In this document: piece after piece, positions 34,918 to 49,900 of the stretch
Numbering within the stretch: position 1 is the stretch's first letter
How the letters are laid out: the number at the start of each line of letters is the position of its first letter
Origin: Eledone cirrhosa
Taxonomy: Eukaryota
Direction: 5' to 3'
DNA length: 64,000 nt
Assembly: GCA_964016885.1 (NCBI GenBank)
Contig: OZ024744.1
Span: 19,406,001 to 19,470,000, forward strand
The notes under the pieces: generated by a model
Seen by the model: the letters and a program-made list of their open reading frames with translations, nothing else
Database searches by the model: none
Told to the model about the DNA's origin: nothing
Translations under genes and position numbers: made by a program

Positions 34918-37900
34918 GAGTGTTGCCATACATGGGAGTCGAACCCACATATTTGGTTATCGAGACCACTGTGCTACCATTACACCAATACACATCCGTT
35001 CTCCTTCCATTCGAATTAGAAGCTATGAACTTAGGAAGTGAATGATAAACAAGCAAATTATAAACGTAAACATGTAAATATATTTTTGAAACGGTGCGCG
35101 AGTTTGAAATTAGAAATTAGAAATTATAAGCTTTCACCGTATTTTAGACTAAAGAAATTTATAGCTTGATAGTGGGGATTATAATCCTAGGAGAAATGGA
35201 AAAAGATGTGTTGCCATACCTGGGAGTCGAACCCACATATTTGGTTATCCAGACCACTGTGCTACCATTACACGAATACACATCCCATCTCCTTCCATTC
35301 GCATTAGAAGCTACGACGTTAGCAAGTGAATGATAAACAAGCAAATTATAAACGTAAACATGTAAGTATGTGTTTGAAACGGTGCGCGAGTTTGAAATTA
35401 GAAATTAGAAATTATAAGCTTTCACCGTATTTTAGACTAAAGAAATTTATAGCTTGATAGTGGGGATTATAATCCTCGGAGAAATGGAAAAAGATGTGTT
35501 GCCATACATGGGAGTCGAACCCACATCTCTGGTTATCCAGACCACTGTGCTACCATTACACCAATACACATCCCTTCTCCTTCCATTCGAATTAGAAGCT
35601 ACGAACTTAGCAAGTGAATGATAAACAAGCATATTATAAAAGTAAACATCTAAGTATGTATTTGAAAAGGTGCACGAGTTTGCAATTAGAAATTAGAAAT
35701 TATAAGCTTTCACCGTATTTTAGACTAAAGAAATGTATAGCTTGATAGTGGGGTTTATAACCCTAGGAGAAATGGAAAAAGATGAGTGTTGCCATACATG
35801 GGAGTCCAACCCACATATTTGGTTATCCAGACCAATGTGCTACAGTTACACGAATACACATCCCATCTCCTTCCATTCGAATTAGAAGCTATGAACTTAG
35901 CAAGTGAATGATAAACAAGCAAATTATAAACGTAAACATGTAAGTATGTTTTTGAAACGGTGCGCTAGTTTGAAATTAGTAATTAGAAATTATAAGCTTT
36001 CACCGGATTTTAGACTAAAGACATGTATAGCTTGATAGTGGGGTTTATAACCCTCGGAGAAATGGAAAAAGATGAGTGTTGCCATACATGGGTGTCGAAC
36101 CGATATATTTCGTTATCCAAACCACTGTGCTACCATTACAACAATACACATCCCATCTCCTTCCATTCGAATTAGAAGCTATGAACTTAGCAAGTGAATG
36201 ATAAACAAGCAAATTATAAACGTAAACATGTAAGTATGTTTTTGAAACGGTGCGCTAGTTTGAAATTAGAAATTAGAAATTATAATCTTTCACCGTATTT
36301 TAGACTAAAGAAATTTATAGCTTGATAGTGGGGATTATAACCCTTGGAGAAATGGAAAAAGACGAGTGTTGCCATACATAGGATTCGAACGCACATCTTT
36401 GGTTATCCAGTCCCCTGTCCTACCATTAGACCAATACACATCCCATCTCCTTCCATTCCAATTAGAAGCTATGAACTTAGCAAGTGAATGATAAACAAGC
36501 AAATTATAAACGTAAACATGTAAGTATGTGTTTGAAACGGTGCGCTCGTTTGAAATTAGAAATTAGAAATTATAAGCTTTCACCGTATTTTAGACTAAAG
36601 AAATTTATAGCTTGATAGTGGGGATTATAATCCTCGGAGAAATGGAAAAAGATGAGTGTTGCCATACCTGGGAGTCGAACCCACATATTTGGTTATCCAG
36701 ACCACTGTGCTACCATTACACGAATACACATCCCATCTCCTTCCATTCGCATTAGAAGCTACGACGTTAGCAAGTGAATGATAAACAAGCAAATTATAAA
36801 CGTAAACATGTAAGTATGTGTTTGAAACGGTGCGCGAGTTTGAAATTAGAAATTAGAAATTATAAGCTTTCACCGTATTTTAGACTAAAGAAATTTATAG
36901 CTTGATAGTGGGGATTATAATCCTCGGAGAAATGGAAAAAGATGTGTTGCCATACATGGGAGTCGAACCCACATCTCTGGTTATCCAGACCACTGTGCTA
37001 CCATTACACCAATACACATCCCTTCTCCTTCCATTCGAATTAGAAGCTACGAACTTAGCAAGTGAATGATAAACAAGCATATTATAAAAGTAAACATCTA
37101 AGTATGTATTTGAAAAGGTGCACGAGTTTGCAATTAGAAATTAGAAATTATAAGCTTTCACCGTATTTTAGACTAAAGAAATGTATAGCTTGATAGTGGG
37201 GTTTATAACCCTAGGAGAAATGGAAAAAGATGAGTGTTGCCATACATGGGAGTCCAACCCACATATTTGGTTATCCAGACCAATGTGCTACAGTTACACG
37301 AATACACATCCCATCTCCTTCCATTCGAATTAGAAGCTATGAACTTAGCAAGTGAATGATAAACAAGCAAATTATAAACGTAAACATGTAAGTATGTTTT
37401 TGAAACGGTGCGCGAGTTTGAAATTAGAAATTAGAAATTATAAGCTTTCACCGGATTTTAGACTAAAGACATGTATAGCTTGATAGTGGGGTTTATAACC
37501 CTCGGAGAAATGGAAAAAGATGAGTGTTGCCATACCTGGGAGTTGAACACACATCTTTGGTTATCCAGACCACTGTGCTACCATTACACGAATACACATC
37601 CCATCTCCTTCCATTCGAATTAGAAGCTATGAACTTAGCAAGTGAATGATAAACGAGCAAATTATAAACGTAAACATGTAAGTATGTTTTTGAAACGGCG
37701 CGCTCGTTTGAAACTAGAAATTAGAAATTATAAGCTTTTACCGTATTTTAGACTAAAGAAATTTATAGCTTGATAGTGGGGATTATAACCCTCGGAGAAA
37801 TGGAAAAAGATGAGTGTTGCCATACCTGGGAGTCGAACCCACATATTTGGTTATCCAGACCACTGTGCTACCATTACACGAATACACATCCCATCTCCTT

Positions 37901-40900
37901 CCATTCGCATTAGAAGCTACGACGTTAGCAAGTGAATGATAAACAAGCAAATTATAAACGTAAACATGTAAGTATGTGTTTGAAACGGTGCGCGAGTTTG
38001 AAATTAGAAATTAGAAATTATAAGCTTTCACCGTATTTTAGACTAAAGAAATTTATAGCTTGATAGTGGGGATTATAATCCTCGGAGAAATGGAAAAAGA
38101 TGTGTTGCCATACATGGGAGTCGAACCCACATCTCTGGTTATCCAGACCACTGTGCTACCATTACACCAATACACATCCCTTCTCCTTCCATTCGAATTA
38201 GAAGCTACGAACTTAGCAAGTGAATGATAAACAAGCATATTATAAAAGTAAACATCTAAGTATGTATTTGAAAAGGTGCACGAGTTTGTAATTAGAAATT
38301 AGAAATTATAAGCTTTCACCGTATTTTAGACTAACGAAATGTATAGCTTGATAGTGGGGTTTATAACCCTAGGAGAAATGGAAAAAGATGAGTGTTGCCA
38401 TACATGGGAGTCCAACCCACATATTTGGTTATCCAGACCAATGTGCTACAGTTACACGAATACACATCCCATCTCCTTCCATTTGAATTAGAAGCTATGA
38501 ACTTAGCAAGTGAATGATAAACAAGCAAATTATAAACGTAAACATGTAAGTATGTTTTTGAAACGGTGCGCTAGTTTGAAATTAGAAATTAGAAATTATA
38601 AGCTTTCACCGGATTTTAGACTAAAGACATGTATAGCTTGATAGTGGGGTTTATAACCCTCGGAGAAATGGAAAAAGATGAGTGTTGCCATACATGGGTG
38701 TCGAACCGATATATTTCGTTATCCAAACCACTGTGCTACCATTACACGAATACACATCCCATCTCCTTCCATTCGAATTAGAAGCTATGAACTTAGCAAG
38801 TGAATGATAAACGAGCAAATTATAAACGTAAACATGTAAGTATGTTTTTGAAACGGTGCGCTCGTTTGAAACTAGAAATTAGAAATTATAAGCTTTCACC
38901 GTATTTTAGACTAAAGAAATTTATAGCTTGATAGTGGGTATTATAATCCTCGGAGAAATGGAAAAAGATGAGTGTTGCCATACCTGGGAGTCGAACCCAC
39001 ATATTTTGTTATCCAGACCACTGTGCTACCATTACACCAATACACATCCCATCTCCTTCCATTCGAATTAGAAGCTATGAACTTAGCAAGTGAATGATAA
39101 ACAAGCAAATTATAAACGTAAACATGTAAGTATGTGTTTGAAACGGTGCGCTCGTTTGAAATTAGAAATAAGAAATTATAAGCTTTCACCGTATTTTAGA
39201 CTAAAGAAATTTATAGCTTGATAGTGGGGATTATAATCCTAGGAGAAATGGAAAAAGATGAGTGTTGCCATACATGGGAGTCGAACCCACATATATTGTT
39301 ATCCAGACGCTGTGCTACCATTACACTAATACACATCCCATCTCCTTCCATTCGAATTAGAAGCTATGAACTGAGCAAGCGAATGATAGACAAGCAAATT
39401 ATAAACGTAAACATGTAAGTATGTTTTTAAAACCGTGCGCGAGTTTGAAATTAGAAATTAGAAATTATAAGCTTTCACCGTATTTTAGACTAAAGAAATT
39501 TATAGCTTGCTAGTGGGGATTATAACCCTCGGAGAAATGGAAAAAGATTAGTGTTGCCATACATGGGAGTCGAAACCACATGTTTGGTTATCCAGACCAC
39601 TGTGCTACCATTACACCAATACACATCCCATCTCCTTCCATTCGAATTAGAAGCTATGAACTTAGCAAGTGAATGATAAACAAGCAAATTATAAACGTAA
39701 ACATGTAAGTATGTTTTTGAAACGGTGCGCTCGTTTGAAACTAGAAATTAGAAATTATAAGCTTTCACCGTATTTTAGACTAAAGAAATTTATAGCTTGA
39801 TAGTGGGGATTATAACCCTCGGAGAAATGGAAAAAGATGAGTGTTGCCATACATGGGAGTCGAACCCACATATTTGGTTATCGAGACCACTGTGCTACCA
39901 TTACACCAATACACATCCCATCTCCTTCCATTCGAATTAGAAGCTATGAACTTAGCAAGTGAATGATAAACGAGCAAATTATAAACGTAAACATGTAAGT
40001 ATGTTTTTGAAACGGTGCGCTCGTTTGAAACTAGAAATTAGAAATTATAAGCTTTCACCGTATTTTAGACTAAAGAAATTTATAGCTTGATAGTGGGTAT
40101 TATAATCCTCGGAGAAATGGAAAAAGATGAGTGTTGCCATACCTGGGAGTCGAACCCACATATTTTGTTATCCAGACCACTGTGCTACCATTACACCAAT
40201 ACACATCCCATCTCCTTCCATTCGAATTAGAAGCTATGAACTTAGCAAGTGAATGATAAACAAGCAAATTATAAACGTAAACATGTAAGTATGTGTTTGA
40301 AACGGTGCGCTCGTTTGAAATTAGAAATAAGAAATTATAAGCTTTCACCGTATTTTAGACTAAAGAAATTTATAGCTTGATAGTGGGGATTATAATCCTA
40401 GGAGAAATGGAAAAAGATGAGTGTTGCCATACATGGGAGTCGAACCCACATATATTGTTATCCAGACGCTGTGCTACCATTACACTAATACACATCCCAT
40501 CTCCTTCCATTCGAATTAGAAGCTATGAACTGAGCAAGCGAATGATAGACAAGCAAATTATAAACGTAAACATGTAAGTATGTTTTTAAAACCGTGCGCG
40601 AGTTTGAAATTAGAAATTAGAAATTATAAGCTTTCACCGTATTTTAGACTAAAGAAATTTATAGCTTGCTAGTGGGGATTATAACCCTCGGAGAAATGGA
40701 AAAAGATTAGTGTTGCCATACATGGGAGTCGAAACCACATGTTTGGTTATCCAGACCACTGTGCTACCATTACACCAATACACATCCCATCTCCTTCCAT
40801 TCGAATTAGAAGCTATGAACTTAGCAAGTGAATGATAAACAAGCAAATTATAAACGTAAACATGTAAGTATGTTTTTGAAACGGTGCGCTCGTTTGAAAC

Positions 40901-43900
40901 TAGAAATTAGAAATTATAAGCTTTCACCGTATTTTAGACTAAAGAAATTTATAGCTTGATAGTGGGGATTATAACCCTCGGAGAAATGGAAAAAGATGAG
41001 TGTTGCCATACATGGGAGTCGAACCCACATATTTGGTTATCGAGACCACTGTGCTACCATTACACCAATACACATCCCATCTCCTTCCATTCGAATTAGA
41101 AGCTATGAAATTAGCAAGTGAATGATAAACAAGCAAATTATAAACGTAAACATGTAAGTATGTTTTTGAAACGGTGCGCTCGTTTGAAATTAGAAATTAG
41201 AAATTATAAGCTTTCACCGTATTTTAGACTAAAGAAATTTATAGCTTGATAGTGGGGATAATAATCCTCGGAGAAATGGAAAAAGATGAGTGTTGCCATA
41301 CCTGGGAGTTGAACACACATCTTTGGTTATCCAGACCACTGTGCTACCATTACACGAATACACATCCCATCTCCTTCCATTCGAATTAGAAGCTATGAAC
41401 TTAGCAAGTGAATGATAAACGAGCAAATTATAAACGTTAACATGTAAGTATGTTTTTGAAACGGTGCTCGAGTTTGAAATTATAAATTATAAATTATAAG
41501 CTTTCACCGTATTTTAGAATAAAGAAATTTATAGCTTGATAGTTGGGTTTATAACCATCGGAGAAATGGAAAAAGATGAGTGTTGCCATACATGGGAGTC
41601 CAACCCACATATTTGGTTATCCAGACCACTGTGCTACCATTACACTAATACACATCCCATCTCCTTCCATTCGAATTAGAAGCTATGACTTTCGCAAGTG
41701 AATGATAAACAAGCAAATTATAAACGCAAACATGTAAGTATGTTTTTGAAACGGTGCGCTCGTTTAAAATTAGAAATTAGAAATTATAAGCTTTTACCGT
41801 ATTTTAGACTAAAGAAATTTATAGCTTGATAGTGGGGATTATAACCCTAGGAGAAATGAAAAAAAGATGAGTGTTGCCATACCTGGGAGTCGAACCCACA
41901 TATTTGGTTATCCAGACCAATGTGCTACCATTACACGAATACACATCCCATCTCCTTCCATTCGAATTAGAAGCTATGAACTTAGCAAGTGAATGATAAA
42001 CAAGCAAATTAAAAACGTAAACATGTAAGTATGTATTTGAAACGGTGCGCTCGTTTGAAATTAGAAATTAGAAATTATAAGCTTTCACCGTATTTTAGAC
42101 TAAAGAAATTTATAGCTTGATAGTGGGGATTATAACCCTCTGAGAAATGGAAAAAGATTAGTGTTGCCATACATGGGAGTAGAACCCACATGTTTGGTTA
42201 TCCAGACCACTGTGCTACCATTACACCAAGACACATCCCATCTCCTTCCATTCGAATTAGAAGCTATGAACTTAGCAAGTGAATGATAAACAAGCAAATT
42301 ATAAACGTAAACATGTAAGTATGCTTTTGAAACGGTGCGTTCGTTTGAAACTAGAAATTAGAAATTATAAGCTTTCACCGTATTTTAGACTAAAGAAATT
42401 GATAGCTTGATAGTGAGGATTATAACCCTCGGAGAAATGGAAAAAGATGAGTGTTGCCATACATGGGAGTCGAACCCACATATATTGTTATCCAGACCGC
42501 TGTGCTACCATTACACCAATACACATCCCATCTCCTTCCATTCGAATTAGAAGCTATGAACTGAGCAAGTGAATGATAGACAAGCAAATTATAAACGTAA
42601 ACATTTAAGTATGTGTTTGAAACGGTGCGCTCGTTTGAAATTAGAAATAAGAAATTATAAGCTTTCACCGTATTTTAGACTAAAGAAATTTATAGCTTGA
42701 TAGTGGGGATTATAACCCTCGGAGAAATGGAAAAAGATGAGTGTTGCCATACATGGGAGTCGAACCCACATATATTGTTATCCAGACCGCTGTGCTACCA
42801 TTACACTAATACACATCCCATCTCCTTCGATTCGAATTAGAAGCTATGAACTGAGCAAGCGAATGATAGACAAGCAAATTATAAACGTAAACATGTAAGT
42901 ATGTTTTTGAAACAGTGCGCGAGTTTGAAATTAGAAATTAGAAATTATAAGCTTTCACCGTATTTTAGACTAAAGAAATTTATAGCTTGCTAGTGGGGAT
43001 TATAACCCTCGGAGAAATGGAAAAAGATTAGTATTGCCATACATGGGAGTCGAAACCACATGTTTGGTTATCCAGACCACTGTGCTACCATTACACCAAT
43101 ACACATCCCATCTCCTTCCATTCGAATTAGAAGCTATGAACTTAGCAAGTGAATGATAAACAAGCAAATTATAAACGTAAACATGTAAGTATGTTTTTGA
43201 AACGGTGCGCTCGTTTGAAACTAGAAATTAGAAATTATAAGCTTTCACCGTATTTTAGACTAAAGAAATTTATAGCTTGATAGTGGGGATAATAATCCTC
43301 GGAGAAATGGAAAAAGATGAGTGTTGCCATACCTGGGAGTTGACCACACATCTTTGGTTATCCAGACCACTGTGCTACCATTACACGAATACACATCCCA
43401 TCTCCTTCCATTCGAATTAGAAGCTATGAACTTAGCAAGTGAATGATAAACGAGCAAATTATAAACGTTAACATGTAAGTATGTTTTTGAAACGGTGCTA
43501 GAGTTTGAAATTATAAATTATAAATTATAAGCTTTCACCGTATTTTAGAATGAAGAAATTTATAGCTTGATAGTTTGGGTTTATAACCCTCGGAGAAATG
43601 GAAAAAGATGAGTGTTGCCATACATGGGAGTCCAACCCACATATTTGGTTATCCAGACCACTGTGCTACCATTACACGAATACACATCCCATCTCCTTCC
43701 ATTCGAATTAGAAGCTATGAACTGAGCAAGTGAATGATAGACAAGCAAATTATAAACGTAAACATGTAAGTATGTGTTTGAAACGGTGCGCTCGTTTGAA
43801 ATTAGAAATAAGAAATTATAAGCTTTCACCGTATTTTAGACTAAAGAAATTGATAGCTTGATAGTGGGGATTATAACCCTCGGAGAAATGGAAAAAGATG

Positions 43901-46900
43901 AGTGTTGCCATACATGGGAGTCGAACCCACATATATTGTTATCCAGACCGCTGTGCTACCATTACACCAATACACATCCCATCTCCTTCCATTCGAATTA
44001 GAAGCTATGAACTGAGCAAGTGAATGATAGACAAGCAAATTATAAACGTAAACATGTAAGTATGTTTTTGAAACGGTGCGCGAGTTTGAAATTAGAAATT
44101 AGAAATTATAAGCTTTCACCGTATTTTAGACAAAAGAAATGTATAGCTTGATAGTGGGGTTTATAACCCAAGGAGAAATGGAAAAAGATGAGTGTTGCCG
44201 TACTTGGGAGTCGAACCCACATATTTTGTTATCCAGACCATTGTGCTACCATTACACCAATACACATCCCATCTCCTTCCATTCGAATTAGAAGCTATGA
44301 ACTTAGCAAGTGAATGATAAACAAGCAAATTATAAACGTAAACATGTAAGTATGTTTTTGAAACGGTGCGCGAGTTTGAAATTAGAAATTAGAAATTATA
44401 AGCTTTCACCGGATTTTAGACTAAAGACATGTATAGCTTGATAGTGGGGTTTATAACCCTCGGAGAAATGGAAAAAGATGAGTGTTGCCATACATGGGTG
44501 TCGAACCGATATATTTCGTTATCCAGACCACTGTGATACCATTACACCAATACACATCCCATCTCCTTCCATTCGAATTAGAAGCTATGAACTTAGCAAG
44601 TGAATGATAAACGAGAAAATTATATACGTAAACATGTAAGTATGTTTTTGCAACGGTGCGCTCGTTTGAAACTAGAAATTAGAAATTATAATCTTTCACC
44701 GTATTTTAGACTAAAGAAATTTATAGCTTGATAGTGGGGATTATAACCCTTGGAGAAATGGAAAAAGACGAGCGTTGCCATACATAGGATTCGAAAGCAC
44801 ATCTTTGGTTATCCAGTCCCCTGTCCTACCATTAGACCAATACACATCCCATCTCCTTCTATTCCAATTAGAAGCTATGAACTTAGCAAGTGAATGATAA
44901 ACAAGCAAATTATAAACGTAAACATGTAAGTATGTGTTTGAAACGGTGCGCTCGTTTGAAATTAGAAATTAGAAATTATAAGCTTTCACCGTATTTTAGA
45001 CTAAAGAAATTTATAGCTTGATAGTGGGGATTATAACCCTCGGAGAAATGGAAAAAGATGAGTGTTGCCATACATGGGAGTCGAACCCACATATATTGTT
45101 ATCCAGACCGCTGTGCTACCATTACACTAATACACATCCCATCTCCTTCCATTCGAATTAGAAGCTATGAACTGAGCAAATGAATGATAGACAAGCAAAT
45201 TATAAACGTAAACATGTAAGTATGTTTTTGAAACAGTGCGCGAGTTTGAAATTAGAAATTAGAAATTATAAGCTTTCACCGTATTTTAGACTAAAGAAAT
45301 GTATAGCTTGATAGTGGGGTTTATAACCCAAGGAGAAATGGAAAAAGATGAGTGTTGCCATACATGGGAGTCGAACCCACATGTTTGGTTATCCAGACCA
45401 CTGTGCTACCATTACACCAATACACATCCCATCTCCTTCCATTCGAATTAGAAGCTATGAACTTAGCAAGTGAATGATAAACAAGCAAATTATAAACGTA
45501 AACATGTAAGTATGTTTTTGAAACGGTGCGCTCGTTTGAAACTAGAAATTAGAAATTATAAGCTTTCACCGTATTTTAGACTAAAGAAATTTATAGCTTG
45601 ATAGTGGGGATTATAACCCTCGGAGAAATGGAAAAAGATGAGTGTTGCCATACATGGGAGTCGAACCCACATATTTGGTTATCGAGACCACTGTGCTACC
45701 ATTACACCAATACACATCCCATCTCCTTCCATTCGAATTAGAAGCTATGAACTTAGCAAGTGAATGATAAACAAGCAAATTATAAACGTAAACATGTAAG
45801 TATGTTTTTGAAACGGTGCGCGAGTTTGAAATTAGAAATTAGAAATTATAAGCTTTCACCGTATTTTAGACTAAAGACATGTATAGCTTGATAGTGGGGT
45901 TTATAACCCTCGGAGAAATGGAAAAAGATGAGTGTTGCCATACATGGTTGTCGAACCGATATATTTCGTTATCCAGACCACTGTGATACCATTACACATC
46001 CCATCTCCTTCCATTCGAATTAGAAGCTATGAACTTAGCAAGTGAATGATAAACGTGAAAATTATATACGTAAACATGTAAGTATGTTTTTGAAACGGTT
46101 CGCTCGTTTGAAACTAGAAATTAGAAATTATAATCTTTCACCGTATTTTAGACTAAAGAAATTTATAGCTTGATAGTGGGGATTATAACACTTGGAGAAA
46201 AGGAAAAAGATGAGTGTTGCCATATATAGGATTCGAACCCACATCTTTGGTTATCCAGTCGACTGTCCTACCATTAGACCAATACACATCCCATCTCCTT
46301 CCATTCCAATTAGAAGCTATGAACTTAGCAAGTGAATGATAAACAAGCAAATTATAAACGTAAACATGTAAGTATGTGTTTGAAACGGTGCGCTCGTTTG
46401 AAATTAGAAATTAGAAATTATAAGCTTTCACCGTATTTTAGACTAAAGAAATTTATAGCTTGATAGTGGGGATTATAACCCTCGGAGAAATGGAAAAAGA
46501 TGAGTGTTGCCATACATGGGAGTCGAACCCACATCTTTGGTTATCCAAACCACTGTTCTACCATTAGACCAATACACATCCCATCTCCTTCCATTCGAAT
46601 TAGAAGCTATGAACTTAGCAAGTGAATGATAACCAAGCAAATTATAAACGTAAACATGTAAGTATGTTTTTGAAACGGTGCTCGAGTTTGAAATTATAAA
46701 TTATAAATTATAAGCTTTCACCGTATTTTAGAATAAAGAAATTTATAGCTTGATAGTTGGGTTTATAACCCTCGGAGAAATGGAAAAAGATGAGTGTTGC
46801 CATACATGGGAGTCCAACCCACATATTTGGTTAACCAGACCACTGTGCTACCATTACACTAATACACATCCCATCTTCTTCCATTCGAATTAGAAGCTAT

Positions 46901-49900
46901 GACTTTCGCAAGTGAATGATAAACAAGCAAATTATAAACGCAAACTTGTAAGTATGTTTTTGAAACGGTGCGCTCGTTTAAAATTAGAAATTAGAAATTA
47001 TAAGCTTTTACCGTATTTTAGACTAAAGAAATTTATAGCTTGATAGTGGGGATTATAACCCTAGGAGAAATGAAAAAAGATGAGTGTTGCCATACCTGGG
47101 AGTCGAACCCACATCTTTGGTTATCCAGACCAATGTGCTACCATTACACGAATACACATCCCATCTCCTTCCATTCGAATTAGAAGCTATGAACTTAGCA
47201 AGTGAATGATAAACAAGCAAATTAAAAACGTAAACATGTAAGTATGTATTTGAAACGGTGCGCTCGTTTGAAATTAGAAATTAGAAATTATAAGCTTTCA
47301 CCGTATTTTAGACTAAAGAAATTTATAGCTTGATAGTGGGGATTATAACCCTCTGAGAAATGGAAAAAGATTAGTGTTGCCATACATGGGAGTCGAACCC
47401 ACATGTTTGGTTATCCAGACCACTGTGCTACCATTACACCAAGACACATCCCATCTCCTTCCATTCGAATTAGAAACTATGAACTTAGCAAGTGAATGAT
47501 AAACAAGAAAATTATAAACGTAAACATGTAAGTATGCTTTTGAAACGGTGCGTTCGTTTGAAACTAGAAATTAGAAATTATAAGCTTTCACCGTATTTTA
47601 GACTAAAGAAATTGATAGCTTGATAGTGGGGATTATAACCCTCGGAGAAATGGAAAAAGATGAGTGTTGCCATACATGGGAGTCGAACCCACATATATTG
47701 TTATCCAGACCGCTGTGCTACCATTACACCAATACACATCCCATCTCCTTCCATTCGAATTAGAAGCTATGAACTGAGCAAGTGAATGATAGACAAGCAA
47801 ATTATAAACGTAAACATGTAAGTATGTGTTTGAAACGGTGCGCTCGTTTGAAATTAGAAATAAGAAATTATAAGCTTTCACCGTATTTTAGACTAAAGAA
47901 ATTGATAGCTTGATAGTGGGGATTATAACCCTCGGAGAAATGGAAAAAGATGAGTGTTGCCATACATGGGAGTCGAACCCACATATATTGTTATCCAGAC
48001 CGCTGTGCTACCATTACACCAATACACATCCCATCTCCTTCCATTCGAATTAGAAGCTATGAACTGAGCAAGTGAATGATAGACAAGCAAATTATAAACG
48101 TAAACATGTAAGTATGTTTTTGAAACGGTGCGCGAGTTTGAAATTAGAAATTAGAAATTATAAGCTTTCACCGTATTTTAGACAAAAGAAATGTATAGCT
48201 TGATAGTGGGGTTTATAACCCAAGGAGAAATGGAAAAAGATGAGTGTTGCCGTACTTGGGAGTCGAACCCACATATTTTGTTATCCAGACCATTGTGCTA
48301 CCATTACACCAATACACATCCCATCTCCTTCCATTCGAATTAGAAGCTATGAACTTAGCAAGTGAATGATAAACGAGAAAATTATATACGTAAACATGTA
48401 AGTATGTTTTTGCAACGGTGCGCTCGTTTGAAACTAGAAATTAGAAATTATAATCTTTCACCGTATTTTAGACTAAAGAAATTTATAGCTTGATAGTGGG
48501 GATTATAACCCTTGGAGAAATGGAAAAAGACGAGCGTTGCCATACATAGGATTCGAAAGCACATCTTTGGTTATCCAGTCCCCTGTCCTACCATTAGACC
48601 AATACACATCCCATCTCCTTCTATTCCAATTAGAAGCTATGAACTTAGCAAGTGAATGATAAACAAGCAAATTATAAACGTAAACATGTAAGTATGTGTT
48701 TGAAACGGTGCGCTCGTTTGAAATTAGAAATTAGAAATTATAAGCTTTCACCGTATTTTAGACTAAAGAAATTTATAGCTTGATAGTGGGGATTATAACC
48801 CTCGGAGAAATGGAAAAAGATGAGTGTTGCCATACATGGGAGTCGAACCCACATATATTGTTATCCAGACCGCTGTGCTACCATTACACTAATACACATC
48901 CCATCTCCTTCCATTCGAATTAGAAGCTATGAACTGAGCAAATGAATGATAGACAAGCAAATTATAAACGTAAACATGTAAGTATGTTTTTGAAACAGTG
49001 CGCGAGTTTGAAATTAGAAATTAGAAATTATAAGCTTTCACCGTATTTTAGACTAAAGAAATGTATAGCTTGATAGTGGGGTTTATAACCCAAGGAGAAA
49101 TGGAAAAAGATGAGTGTTGCCATACATGGGAGTCGAACCCACATGTTTGGTTATCCAGACCACTGTGCTACCATTACACCAATACACATCCCATCTCCTT
49201 CCATTCGAATTAGAAGCTATGAACTTAGCAAGTGAATGATAAACAAGCAAATTATAAACGTAAACATGTAAGTATGTTTTTGAAACGGTGCGCTCGTTTG
49301 AAACTAGAAATTAGAAATTATAAGCTTTCACCGTATTTTAGACTAAAGAAATTTATAGCTTGATAGTGGGGATTATAACCCTCGGAGAAATGGAAAAAGA
49401 TGAGTGTTGCCATACATGGGAGTCGAACCCACATATTTGGTTATCGAGACCACTGTGCTACCATTACACCAATACACATCCCATCTCCTTCCATTCGAAT
49501 TAGAAGCTATGAACTTAGCAAGTGAATGATAAACAAGCAAATTATAAACGTAAACATGTAAGTATGTTTTTGAAACGGTGCGCGAGTTTGAAATTAGAAA
49601 TTAGAAATTATAAGCTTTCACCGTATTTTAGACTAAAGACATGTATAGCTTGATAGTGGGGTTTATAACCCTCGGAGAAATGGAAAAAGATGAGTGTTGC
49701 CATACATGGTTGTCGAACCGATATATTTCGTTATCCAGACCACTGTGATACCATTACACATCCCATCTCCTTCCATTCGAATTAGAAGCTATGAACTTAG
49801 CAAGTGAATGATAAACGTGAAAATTATATACGTAAACATGTAAGTATGTTTTTGAAACGGTTCGCTCGTTTGAAACTAGAAATTAGAAATTATAATCTTT